Assembly (NCBI GenBank): GCA_049303795.1 | Contig: JBAQNM010000006.1 | Coordinates: 717 to 64,716 of the forward strand | Origin: Candidatus Moraniibacteriota bacterium | Lineage (GTDB): Bacteria; Patescibacteriota; Minisyncoccia; Moranbacterales; UBA2206 | DNA length: 64,000 nucleotides | Direction: 5' to 3' | Shown: piece by piece, positions 47,546 to 56,986 of the stretch | Numbering within the stretch: the first letter of the stretch is position 1 | How the letters are laid out: every line of letters begins with the position of its first letter | Notes under the pieces: model-generated | Database searches by the model: none | The model's input: the letters and a program-made list of their open reading frames with translations, nothing else | Told to the model about the DNA's origin: nothing | Made by a program: the position numbers and the translations under genes

Positions 47546-47636
47546 ATGAATAATTTGCGAATTTTAGGCATCGATCCAGGCACCACGACAACCGGTTGGG
47601 CGATTATTGAAAAAAATGGCGATAAACTACTATGAT
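47546..47636 (+). pseudogene. Truncated duplicate of the ruvC 5' end (MNNLRILGIDPGTTTTGWAIIEKNGDKLL*)
   Basis: 35 nt (gggcgattattgaaaaaaatggcgataaactacta) are identical to ruvC at 49102, and the upstream ataatataaacata is shared. The reading frame ends after 30 codons. Confidence 0.7.
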
Positions 47637-47697
47637 AAATACAATAAAAGGGCTTGCATTTGCAAACCCTTTTTTTATTAAGCTCAACCTTCATATT

Positions 47698-48090
47698 TTA
47701 TTCAATGCTCTCTATTTCAGCACAAATATGCACTTCGATTTTAATACCAAGCTTTCCCAATAATCCAATAGCTCGTAACACCTCAGATACTTGACTTGCT
47801 GAGATAATTTTTGGCAAGACGTCTTCCATAATCAAATTTATTTTATATTTTCCAACATCCCTCACATCATAACTATCACCCTTAAACCTAATGGCTGGAA
47901 AGATTAATCGCAGTCCATCCTTATTACATCCCATTACTGTTTGAAGAGGGCTTATCCATTTTTCAGGCGCAACCCTCTTTCCTGAAATAATCTGACTCAA
48001 AAATGATCTAACGCCACTGAGATTTTTTCCTCCAATAAGGGGCATTAATTTTTCTGCAACTTCCTTTTGGCTAATTTTTAACATCATCAA
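47698..48090 (-). CDS. Hypothetical protein (130 aa), divergent from paralog 8
   Basis: ORF only. Terminator-like hairpin AAGGGCTTGCATTTGCAAACCCTTTTTT at about 47650-47680. Confidence 0.35.
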   Translation of the reverse strand: MMMLKISQKEVAEKLMPLIGGKNLSGVRSFLSQIISGKRVAPEKWISPLQTVMGCNKDGLRLIFPAIRFKGDSYDVRDVGKYKINLIMEDVLPKIISASQVSEVLRAIGLLGKLGIKIEVHICAEIESIE

Positions 48091-48302
48091 CTCCTCCTTT
48101 ATTTTATATTATTAAACAACTTTCCAAAAAAATACCTTTCTGGAAAATACTATACACCAATTCGAATAAAATATTGCCAGTAGCGTTATCTTTTAAAAAA
48201 CCTTAATAAGATAAGTTGCTATTATTAGCTTTAATATTGACTTTTTAAGCTATTTTAATTATAATAAAAATAACGACGAAAGTAGCGTTATTATAAAAAA
48301 TT

Positions 48303-49046
48303 ATGCTTTTAGAAAAATTACAAATTGCTGGGTTATCAGAAAAAGAGGCTAAGGTATATGTAGCTGTTTTGGAATTGGGAGAGGCAACAATCGCCGAAAT
48401 TACAAAAAAATCCAAGATTAAAAGATCCACTATTTATGACATACTTAATACTTTAAAGGAAAAAGGCATAATAAGTCAGACTCGCCTCAACAAAAGACCT
48501 ATCTTTTTAGCAGAAAATCCAAAAAAAATGCTTGAAAAATTGGAGGAGAAAAAAAGAGGACTCGAAGAAGCTGTACCAGAGTTGCTTTCGATTATGAATC
48601 TTTTGGATAAGAAACCGAAAATTCGCTACTTTGAAGGAATAGAGGGAGTAAGAGAGGTTTTTGAAGATACACTTCGATATCCCAATCAAGAACTTCTAAC
48701 CTGGTTTTCTCATCCTAATATTAATCTTGGTGAAGATTTTTTTTGGAAATATTACAATCCAGAGCGCTTAAAAAGAAAAATTTGGGGCAGGGCAATCGCC
48801 ACTGATACTCCGCAAAACAGAGCTCTGAACGAAACTTTTGGAAATAAATGGCTAGCAAAAATGAAAATTTCCTCCAATAAATCTCTTCTTAAACTTGATA
48901 TCGAAATAAAGATTTATGGGAAAAATAAGGTTGGAATTGTTTCATACAAAGAAGATCTGGGAATTGTCATTGAAAGTAAAAAAATATATGACGGACTAAA
49001 AGCAATCTTTGAAGTAATGTGGGATTTATTGCCGGAAATAAAATAA
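48303..49046 (+). CDS. TrmB-like winged-helix transcriptional regulator, paralog 8 of 9
   Basis: N-terminal wHTH (EAKVYVAVLELGEATIAEITKKSKIKRSTIYDILNTLKEKGII). C-terminus ...LKAIFEVMWDLLPEIK. Confidence 0.6.
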   Translation: MLLEKLQIAGLSEKEAKVYVAVLELGEATIAEITKKSKIKRSTIYDILNTLKEKGIISQTRLNKRPIFLAENPKKMLEKLEEKKRGLEEAVPELLSIMNLLDKKPKIRYFEGIEGVREVFEDTLRYPNQELLTWFSHPNINLGEDFFWKYYNPERLKRKIWGRAIATDTPQNRALNETFGNKWLAKMKISSNKSLLKLDIEIKIYGKNKVGIVSYKEDLGIVIESKKIYDGLKAIFEVMWDLLPEIK

Positions 49047-49101
49047 AAAGCGCTTTAAAGAAACTTGTTTTAGGACTATAATATAAACATACTCATAAGC
49101 T

Positions 49102-49629
49102 ATGAAAAAAAAATCTGAAACTTTAAACTCAACCTTGCGAATTCTTGGCGTTGATCCCGGAACAGCCACGACTGGCTGGGCGATTATTGAAAAAAATGGC
49201 GATAAACTACTACCTTTAGCCTATGGCCACATCAGTACTTCGAAAGACAACACTGACGACGAAAGAATTTTTGAGGTTTCCAATGATCTTGCAAAAATAA
49301 TTCAAAAACACAAACCGACTGAAGCCGCTATTGAAAGTCTTTTCTTTTTTAAGAATCAAAAAACCGTCATCCAAGTTGCCCAGTCAAGAGGCGCAATTCT
49401 CTTGACTTTATGCCAAAATAGTGTTACAGTGTCCAGTTATACTCCGCTCCAAGTCAAGCAGGCCTTGACCGGATATGGACGAGCGGAAAAAAAACAAATG
49501 CAGTTGATGACTAAAAATATTCTGCATCTAAGCTCACTACCCAAGCCAGATGACGTGGCAGATGCATTGGCAATTGCGGTTTGTCATGTTAATAGCAGAT
49601 TTCTAATCAATTTAAAAAAACACTCATGA
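49102..49629 (+). CDS. ruvC: Crossover junction endodeoxyribonuclease RuvC
   Basis: ILGVDPGTATTGWAII start, catalytic Asp/Glu pattern, and 175 aa. Confidence 0.9.
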   Translation: MKKKSETLNSTLRILGVDPGTATTGWAIIEKNGDKLLPLAYGHISTSKDNTDDERIFEVSNDLAKIIQKHKPTEAAIESLFFFKNQKTVIQVAQSRGAILLTLCQNSVTVSSYTPLQVKQALTGYGRAEKKQMQLMTKNILHLSSLPKPDDVADALAIAVCHVNSRFLINLKKHS

Positions 49630-50291
49630 ACGAAATTAATTTCAGCCTCAGTCCAATCTTGACTTTCTTTTTGGATAAAGGCGTCCCTTTTGAAACAATA
49701 AAATTGATTTTAATGCTTCCGATTATCGCCACTTTTATCGCATTCCTCCGTCAAGTGGTTGGAATCAAAGCTTTTGGAATTTATACTCCCCTTCTTGTCA
49801 CTTTTGCTTTCCTAGCAACAAATGGGTTACGCTATGGTATTGCAATTTTTATCACAGTCATTCTCGTTGGAATGTTTATGCGAACCGCTTTGAAATCTTT
49901 TCGCTTGCTCTATCTTCCTCGCGTTGCAATTATGATCACAGTGGTAGCACTCTCTATTTTAATCATGCTTGCAATTGGCGGTGGCTTTAAAAGAACTGGC
50001 CTTGCTTCTGTTTCAATCTTCCCCATTTTGATTATGATCACTCTAGTTGAAAAATTTATCGCTGTTCAAATTGAAAAAGGCGACCGCGCCGCAATCATTT
50101 TGGCGATTGAAACGCTGATCATCTCTATTGTTGGTTTTTATATTGCCAGCTGGCAAGCTCTTATTCATTTTATTGCTTATTACCCTTGGGTTATTCTTTT
50201 AACAATCCCTGTTAATATTGCTTTTGGTAAATGGACAGGGCTACGCCTTACCGAATATCTGCGTTTTGGACAAATCATAAAAAGAACTTAG
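49626..50291 (+). CDS. Polytopic (about 7 TM) membrane protein. Candidate 7TM partner of the RimK-like ATP-grasp / retropepsin system.
   Basis: 221 aa, almost entirely hydrophobic helices. Start overlaps the ruvC stop (ATGA). Immediately precedes the ATP-grasp/protease fusion. Confidence 0.45.
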   Translation: MNEINFSLSPILTFFLDKGVPFETIKLILMLPIIATFIAFLRQVVGIKAFGIYTPLLVTFAFLATNGLRYGIAIFITVILVGMFMRTALKSFRLLYLPRVAIMITVVALSILIMLAIGGGFKRTGLASVSIFPILIMITLVEKFIAVQIEKGDRAAIILAIETLIISIVGFYIASWQALIHFIAYYPWVILLTIPVNIAFGKWTGLRLTEYLRFGQIIKRT

Positions 50292-50300
50292 GTTTATTAT

Positions 50301-51731
50301 ATGTTTGAACTTATCAAAAAAAGCTTCATCTGTTATAAAGCAGGTCGCAATGTATTAGGAATGAATTCCAGAAATTTGGAATATATTCGACCATTTAATC
50401 GCATTAATGCTAAAAAAATTGCTGATGATAAGCTTCTAAGCAAAAGGGTTCTTAAAAAAGCCGAGATTGCTGTTCCAAAACTTATTGGAAAAATATCAGA
50501 TCTTGCTAGTTTAGATAATTTTGATTGGCAAACCCTGCCAGATAGTTTTGTTTTAAAACCCAATAAAGGTTTTGGCGGAGAAGGTATTGTCGTTGTTTAT
50601 GGTAAGAAAAAAAATAGATCTGATGCTTGGATAAAAGCCGATGGAACTCTTATTACCATTGAAGATTTAAAAAGCCATGTTCGCAATATTATTGATGGAT
50701 CATTTTCTTTATCTGGCGTTCCTGATATTGCTTTTTTTGAAGAACGCTTAAAACTGTTAAAGCTTTTCAAGCCCTACGCCTTCAAAGGAATTCCTGATAT
50801 TCGTATTATTGTTTTCAATAAAATGCCTATCATGGCCATGCTTCGCTTGCCCACTAGAGAGTCCAATGGAAAAGCCAATTTGGCCCAAGGAGCAATTGGT
50901 GTCGGAATCGACCTTGCCTCTGGGACAACTACAACAGCAGTAATGGGAAAGAAAAAAATTATTGAATATCTTCCCGGCACAAGACTGCTACTTTCCGGAA
51001 TTAAAATTCCCTATTGGATGGATATTCTAAACCTCGCTGTTCGCTCACAAGAAATTTCCGGACTTGGTTTTCTCGGCGCCGACATTGCGATTGATAAAGA
51101 ACTAGGGCCAGTAATTTTGGAATTAAACGCTCGTCCTGGTCTTGCAATTCAAGTTGCCAATCTTGACGGTTTAAAGGGTCGCCTAAAAAAAGCAGCTGGA
51201 ATAAAAATCAAGACAATTAAAAAAGGTATCAGAGTTGGCATGGATCTTTTTGGAGGAGAAATCGAAGAAGAGCTGGAAGAAATTTCTGGAAAAAAAGTAA
51301 TAGGTGCAATAGAAAAAGTGAAGCTAATTGGAAAAGATGAAAAAGAAATTGAAGTGGAAGCTAAAATAGACACTGGTGCTTATTCATCTTCGATTGATGA
51401 AGAATTAGCTAAGGAATTGGGGTTTTCCGAATTAATTGAAAAATTTGCAACAATCGATCTATCAAAATACACTATTACAGCCGAGAATGAAACCCTAATA
51501 AAAGAAGATGTTTTAAAAAATTATAAAAATCAAATGCCTTTACTTGAAGATGTGGCTGTGATTTTCTCAGCTAGTGGCTCATCAATCCGTCCAATGGTGA
51601 AAATTTCTTTTATTTTAGATGCAATAAACATTGAAACTAAGGTTAATATAACAGATCGAAAAACACTAGCCTACCCAATGCTTATTGGAAGAAGAAATTT
51701 GGGTAAGTTTTTAATTAATATAAATAAGTAA
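50301..51731 (+). CDS. Alpha-L-glutamate-ligase-related (RimK-like) ATP-grasp protein fused to a C-terminal retropepsin-like (putative Zn-protease family, DTGA) domain
   Basis: ATP-grasp motifs (FVLKPNKGFGGEGI, ILELNARPGLAIQVAN). C-terminal VIGAIEKVKLIGKDEKEIEVEAKIDTGAYSSSID resembles retropepsin-like aspartyl protease domains found next to RimK-like ligases. Confidence 0.55.
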   Translation: MFELIKKSFICYKAGRNVLGMNSRNLEYIRPFNRINAKKIADDKLLSKRVLKKAEIAVPKLIGKISDLASLDNFDWQTLPDSFVLKPNKGFGGEGIVVVYGKKKNRSDAWIKADGTLITIEDLKSHVRNIIDGSFSLSGVPDIAFFEERLKLLKLFKPYAFKGIPDIRIIVFNKMPIMAMLRLPTRESNGKANLAQGAIGVGIDLASGTTTTAVMGKKKIIEYLPGTRLLLSGIKIPYWMDILNLAVRSQEISGLGFLGADIAIDKELGPVILELNARPGLAIQVANLDGLKGRLKKAAGIKIKTIKKGIRVGMDLFGGEIEEELEEISGKKVIGAIEKVKLIGKDEKEIEVEAKIDTGAYSSSIDEELAKELGFSELIEKFATIDLSKYTITAENETLIKEDVLKNYKNQMPLLEDVAVIFSASGSSIRPMVKISFILDAINIETKVNITDRKTLAYPMLIGRRNLGKFLININK

Positions 51732-51735
51732 CCTC

Positions 51736-52692
51736 GTGAAAAAAGTTCTCATTCTTTTCGGAAAATCCGATTGGGAAAATAATACCCTTTTTTTAAATAA
51801 AGATTTTCAAGCATCCTATGAGTGTCTATATTCTTTGGCTAAAGAAAATGGCATTCAAATGTATCGCGCCTCCTATGAATGGTATGATTATGAAAGTCAT
51901 GTTTTTAAATATGCTTGGACATATGAAGACGCCTCTGGATGGAAAAGAGTTTATAATATTTCGCCTGATTTAATTTATGACAAAACAAGGGCTAGTATGG
52001 AAACTTATTTTAAAAAAGAACTCATTGCCAAGCGCTATCGTTTTGTTAATAGTTTGAGATTTACTTACATGCTAGATGACAAACTGACAACTAGCATGAT
52101 TTTTCACAAATGGAGCAAAAAAAGCTGGATTGTTAATAATCCAGAAAAGTTAAAAAAAATTCTTCCCAAAATAAACTCGCGTAGATTTGTGATCAAGCCA
52201 ATTTCTGAAAGTGGTGGGAAAAACGTTCAAATTCTTGAAAGAGAAGAGGCTTTAGAAAAAGTAACATTTAGTAACGACTATATTATTCAAGAATTTATTG
52301 ATTCTTCTTCTGGCATTCCTGGTATAAGCGAAAGCATGCATGATTTAAGACTTGTTTTTGTAAATAATAAAATCAGTTATGCCTACATGCGAGAACCAGC
52401 AGAAGGAAATTATCTAGCTAATCTTTCTCAAGGAGGATCACTTTCTATCGTTCCAACAAACGACATTCCAAAATCATTACACCCAATCATTCGTTGCGTT
52501 AATAGAGTTTTTGAAACATTTAACCCGCGAATTTTCTCAATCGATTTTATGTTTGATGAAAAAAAAAGACCTTGGATAGTTGAACTCAATTCTATGCCTG
52601 GACTTTATTTTACTCCACAAGAAAAACCTTATATGCTAGAATTATACCAAGAAATTATTGAAGTATTTTTGAAAAAATTAGAACTAAAATAA
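51736..52692 (+). CDS. ATP-grasp family ligase
   Basis: FVIKPISESGGKNV and WIVELNSMPGL motifs. Confidence 0.55.
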   Translation: MKKVLILFGKSDWENNTLFLNKDFQASYECLYSLAKENGIQMYRASYEWYDYESHVFKYAWTYEDASGWKRVYNISPDLIYDKTRASMETYFKKELIAKRYRFVNSLRFTYMLDDKLTTSMIFHKWSKKSWIVNNPEKLKKILPKINSRRFVIKPISESGGKNVQILEREEALEKVTFSNDYIIQEFIDSSSGIPGISESMHDLRLVFVNNKISYAYMREPAEGNYLANLSQGGSLSIVPTNDIPKSLHPIIRCVNRVFETFNPRIFSIDFMFDEKKRPWIVELNSMPGLYFTPQEKPYMLELYQEIIEVFLKKLELK

Positions 52693-52720
52693 ATTTTAAT
52701 TAAAGTTTATCTCAAAATTT

Positions 52721-53674
52721 ATGATTTCCTTAAAAGGCAAAAAAATAGCTATCTCAACACCAGTTATCGGAGGAATAGGAGGGGCAGAAAGAAACATTTT
52801 CAGTGTTATAAAAGCTTGTCATGATTGCAAAATTGATATTTATACAAACAATGTTATCGACAGTGAGTACATACCAAAAGTAAAAAATTTAACTATTTTT
52901 ATAAATAAAATTCAGAATTGGAAAACAAAAAAAAGAAAGCGGTACGATCTATATTTACACTATAACTTTCTTGATTCTACTTACTTAGGCGATAAAATAA
53001 ACTGCACGTTAAAAATATTAAATCCTTGCGGAAAAGAAGTTTTCGACAAAGAAGATCTTTTTGATTTTATAATTAGCCAATCACCCGATGGCATGAAATT
53101 ATTTAAAAATAAAAAGAAAAATATTTTACTTAGCCAGCCAATATGCATTGTTTCTGATAAAATAGAGCGTCCAGAGGGACTACCTGAAAAATATTTTTTA
53201 ACCGTTTTTAATCCCTACGGGGGAGAAAATAATCCAGTTAAGGGACAAGATATACTTTATGAGATATCCCAGAAGCTACCTTTCAAAATCGTTTGGTGCT
53301 ATAGTTTAAAAACTAAAAAATGGAAAGGGTTAAAAAAGACCTCTAAAAATATTATATATTTAGAATCAATACCTCAATCGCAATTAGCTTATCTTTATAA
53401 AAACACACTGGCGTATATTTCTTTTTCTAGAAAGGAGGGCTTTGGCTGGTCAATCGCAGACGCTCTGTTATATCAAAAATCCATAATTTCTAAGAAGGTT
53501 GGCGTGCTATCCTATTATAAAAAACCTCCTGAAGGAGTGTTTTTCTATAAAAATAAAGAAGAGCTAATAAGCCTTACAAAAAAAACTGATTTTTCCAAAA
53601 TAAAACCTCTCTATGATTTAGATTTTATCAAAGTTGAAAAATTCAGAGAAGAAATAGCTTCGCTTTTAAAATAA
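52721..53674 (+). CDS. Glycosyltransferase, GT-B fold (family 4-like)
   Basis: C-terminal SRKEGFGWSIADALLYQKSIIS matches the GT1/GT4 EX7E region. Confidence 0.55.
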   Translation: MISLKGKKIAISTPVIGGIGGAERNIFSVIKACHDCKIDIYTNNVIDSEYIPKVKNLTIFINKIQNWKTKKRKRYDLYLHYNFLDSTYLGDKINCTLKILNPCGKEVFDKEDLFDFIISQSPDGMKLFKNKKKNILLSQPICIVSDKIERPEGLPEKYFLTVFNPYGGENNPVKGQDILYEISQKLPFKIVWCYSLKTKKWKGLKKTSKNIIYLESIPQSQLAYLYKNTLAYISFSRKEGFGWSIADALLYQKSIISKKVGVLSYYKKPPEGVFFYKNKEELISLTKKTDFSKIKPLYDLDFIKVEKFREEIASLLK

Positions 53675-53698
53675 ACTTAATCAATTTAACTTTAAAAA

Positions 53699-54634
53699 AT
53701 GAGTGCATCTAAAAATCCACAAGTTTCAATTATTACTCCCGTTTTCAATCGAGAAGAATTAATCATTGAATGCATAGAAAGTATTCAAAACCAAGATTAT
53801 AAAAATTATGAACATATTATTGTCGATGATTGCAGTACTGACAATACCGCTGAAGTCGTCAAAGCTTATGCCAAAAAAGATCCAAGGATAGTTTTTGTAA
53901 AAAGTCCCAAAAATAGTGGTGGGAATATTGGAAAGGTAAGAAATATTGGAATAAAAATAGCTAAAGGAGAACTGATTGCTTTTTTAGATTCTGATGACAT
54001 GTGGGAAAAAGAAAAACTAAGTCTACAAATAACTCACTTACAGGAAAACAAACTCGATTTTTCCTATCACCCATTATCACGATTTATGAAAAACACTGAC
54101 GACACTCCAATGAGTTTTTGGGGAAGAGATTGCTTTCAAAAAGATTATTTTCGAGGATTATTTTTAAGTAATTTTATCTCAACTTGCTCAGTTTTAACAA
54201 AAAAGAAGGTACTTGAAGAAGTTGGTCTTTTTGACGAATCTCTTAAATATTCTGAGGATTATTGCTTATGGCTTCTAATCGCTTTGAAAAATTATAAAAT
54301 TGGTTTTCTGAACAATGTACTTGGCCGTTTCCGAAGAAGCGATCATGGAAATGTAAATGCTGTTTTAAATAAAAAGGAAAAACATGAATGCAGTATTAGA
54401 CTAAGAGAAAAAATTCTTTTTGAGCATTCACCTGAATCACTTCCCAGACTAATGAAAAGCGACCTAATCCATAATTATATTTATTATTATTATGAATTAA
54501 TAAAAACTGAGGATTCTCCTGAAAGAAAAAAAGAACTTTTTGTAAAAATTATTGACAGATTATTTGAGTTAAAGATATCACATCTATTTATTGAGGAATT
54601 GGAGTTTTTGACAAAATTAAGAAAAAATAATTAA
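53699..54634 (+). CDS. Glycosyltransferase family 2
   Basis: VSIITPVFNRE...IIVDDCSTDNT...FLDSDDMW (DxD) GT-A signature. Confidence 0.8.
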   Translation: MSASKNPQVSIITPVFNREELIIECIESIQNQDYKNYEHIIVDDCSTDNTAEVVKAYAKKDPRIVFVKSPKNSGGNIGKVRNIGIKIAKGELIAFLDSDDMWEKEKLSLQITHLQENKLDFSYHPLSRFMKNTDDTPMSFWGRDCFQKDYFRGLFLSNFISTCSVLTKKKVLEEVGLFDESLKYSEDYCLWLLIALKNYKIGFLNNVLGRFRRSDHGNVNAVLNKKEKHECSIRLREKILFEHSPESLPRLMKSDLIHNYIYYYYELIKTEDSPERKKELFVKIIDRLFELKISHLFIEELEFLTKLRKNN

Positions 54635-54635
54635 C

Positions 54636-55424
54636 ATGGAAAAAACTTTTTTATTGCCCAATAAAATAATCTGGCGAAGAGAAACAAGCAAAAATACTTC
54701 CGCTTGTTTTTATCCTTCTTTTTATAAAGACCTCGTGAAAAGAACGCCTTTTTTTCAAGAAAATTTTGATGTGCAATTTGTTGATGCTGATGAAAAAAAT
54801 ATGCGAGAATATTTTTTACCTCTTTATACTGAAGAAATAATGGCTCGCGAAGATTTCAAATTAGATCGAAATAAAATAACTGCTGATTTAATAAAAAAAG
54901 TTTCGGAAAATAAAAATTACAAATTCATGTTTATTTTCTATGAAAAAGAATTAGTCTCAGCTACGCTTTTTTCCATAAAAGATTCTGGTTTATTTGTTGG
55001 TTATCGAGCAATGAAAAAAAATTTCGATAGAAAATTAAGTCACAAGGCAACCGTGAGTCATTGGAACGAACAAATGATTTTTGATTTCGGCAAAAAAAAT
55101 AATGTCAGCTTTTTCTCTTACGGCAAAGATACACATCCTTTTCTAGCTAAAACCAATATTGGACGTCCGCTTTATAAAATTAAAACTGGCATGAAACCAA
55201 GATGCCCCATAGACAAAACTTCATTCGCAATGGAAGAAATTAGAGAGGAAGATTTAATTAAAAAAACAGAGCCCACACTTTTTTTCACTAATCCTGATAA
55301 AAATGGTTTGTATAAGTGTTGTTATTTATATTACCCAAAAGATTTTTTGGATGACTCCTATATTCATGAATTTAATAAAATTATGTCTTGGTCTGGTTTA
55401 GTTTTTAATCCTATAGCCTACTAA
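54636..55424 (+). CDS. Hypothetical protein (possibly acyl/aminoacyl-transferase fold) within the ATP-grasp/GT cluster
   Basis: ORF only. 1-nt spacing from the upstream GT2 gene implies an operon. Confidence 0.3.
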   Translation: MEKTFLLPNKIIWRRETSKNTSACFYPSFYKDLVKRTPFFQENFDVQFVDADEKNMREYFLPLYTEEIMAREDFKLDRNKITADLIKKVSENKNYKFMFIFYEKELVSATLFSIKDSGLFVGYRAMKKNFDRKLSHKATVSHWNEQMIFDFGKKNNVSFFSYGKDTHPFLAKTNIGRPLYKIKTGMKPRCPIDKTSFAMEEIREEDLIKKTEPTLFFTNPDKNGLYKCCYLYYPKDFLDDSYIHEFNKIMSWSGLVFNPIAY

Positions 55425-55431
55425 CAATAAA

Positions 55432-56892
55432 ATGAAAAAATATATTATCAACGATTTAGCGTCGTTAGAAAAATACGCTAAAACTATAAAAAATCCGATC
55501 ATTGCCGTAGGCGCTCGTCCATTCAATTTAACTATCGGCGTATATGATTTATTCAATCATTTTGAAGTTTTGGCCTGTAGGCGGTCAACAAAAGAAGCGT
55601 CTCTCTTGGAAGAAAAAATTAAAATTACCTATCTAAATGCTAAAAAAGAATTTAAGAATACAAAAAATTTCAAAACATACATCCCCCATATGCCGAAAGA
55701 TATCTTTAAAAACAAGGAGATAATGGATTACCTAGAAGCATATCGAGAAAAACCAGCCCTTCTTTTTTTCAGAATGTCGGAAGAACTGGAAAATATTTTA
55801 AAAAATAAAAAAGTTATTCCAGTCGGCACTGATTTTCGCATGTATGATAAATATGAAAACAAACTTAACTTTCAAAAACTACTTGAGCAATTGAAAATTT
55901 CCACTCCAAAATTTATAAAAGAAAAAGCTGCCAACTTAAATTACGCAAAACTAAAAAAAGAATTGGGTGATAAGTTTGTTGTTCAACTTCCAGTCACAGC
56001 ATTAGGCGCAGGAACTTTTTTTATTTTCGAAAAAACTGATTTTGAGAAAATGCTAAAAAAGGAAAATATCAAAAAAGCTATTGCTAAAAATGTTGATACA
56101 AAAATAGCCCGCTATATCGAGATGAGTTGCTCTCCTAGCATGACCGTTTGTGTCACAAAATTTGGAATCCTGCACACTAATCTTCAAAATCAAATAATCG
56201 ATGCCAAAGAAGTTCTTGAAAAAGGGAGAAGGTCTGGAGTTTTTTGCGGACACGACTGGAATAAAATTTTTAAAAAAGAAATTGAAGACCAGGCAATAAA
56301 AATTGCTGAAAAAATTGGCACATATCTCAAAGAAAAAGAAAACTTTGAAGGAATTTTTGGACTTGATTTTGTTCTAGAAAAAGAAACAAACAAGCTCTAT
56401 CCTATTGAAGCTAATGTCCGACTACTTGGATCATTTCCAATTTTACCAATGGTGCAAAAAAATGCTAACCAACCTTCCATTCAAGGATTACAAATTATTG
56501 AAAGTCTTAATAAAAAAGATTACGTATTGGACATCCAAGCACTTAATACTTTAATGCACCAACCAAAATCAGGCGCACACCTAAATATTCACGCCAGAAA
56601 CAAGCAACCAGTCTATGTTTCAGGAAGTATCAAACCAGGAATTTATAACATTGACGTAAAAAATAACAAAGTCTCTTATGCAAGAAAAGGTATATTTTTT
56701 AACGATCTAAAAAAACCAAACGAAATTCTACTTGTAAATGTGCCTTATAAAAATCGTGTTTTTGAACAACACAATGCATTATGCAAAATTATCACCAAAA
56801 GCACTTTTTTGAATGATAATGATAAGCTGAACAAATTAGCTAAATCAATGGTTAATTATGCCTATAAAAAGCTAGCCTTAAAGGCTATTTAA
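55432..56892 (+). CDS. ATP-grasp-like domain protein (486 aa)
   Basis: FVVQLPVTALGAGTFF and GIFGLDFVLEKETNKLYPIEANVRL resemble ATP-grasp B/C-domain motifs. Confidence 0.45.
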   Translation: MKKYIINDLASLEKYAKTIKNPIIAVGARPFNLTIGVYDLFNHFEVLACRRSTKEASLLEEKIKITYLNAKKEFKNTKNFKTYIPHMPKDIFKNKEIMDYLEAYREKPALLFFRMSEELENILKNKKVIPVGTDFRMYDKYENKLNFQKLLEQLKISTPKFIKEKAANLNYAKLKKELGDKFVVQLPVTALGAGTFFIFEKTDFEKMLKKENIKKAIAKNVDTKIARYIEMSCSPSMTVCVTKFGILHTNLQNQIIDAKEVLEKGRRSGVFCGHDWNKIFKKEIEDQAIKIAEKIGTYLKEKENFEGIFGLDFVLEKETNKLYPIEANVRLLGSFPILPMVQKNANQPSIQGLQIIESLNKKDYVLDIQALNTLMHQPKSGAHLNIHARNKQPVYVSGSIKPGIYNIDVKNNKVSYARKGIFFNDLKKPNEILLVNVPYKNRVFEQHNALCKIITKSTFLNDNDKLNKLAKSMVNYAYKKLALKAI

Positions 56893-56986
56893 ATAAATAC
56901 ACCAAAGCATAAAATTCCCTTGATAAATTCGCTAAAAAAAGCTAAACTATATATTGATTAAATCAATATTAATTTATTCAAATTTT

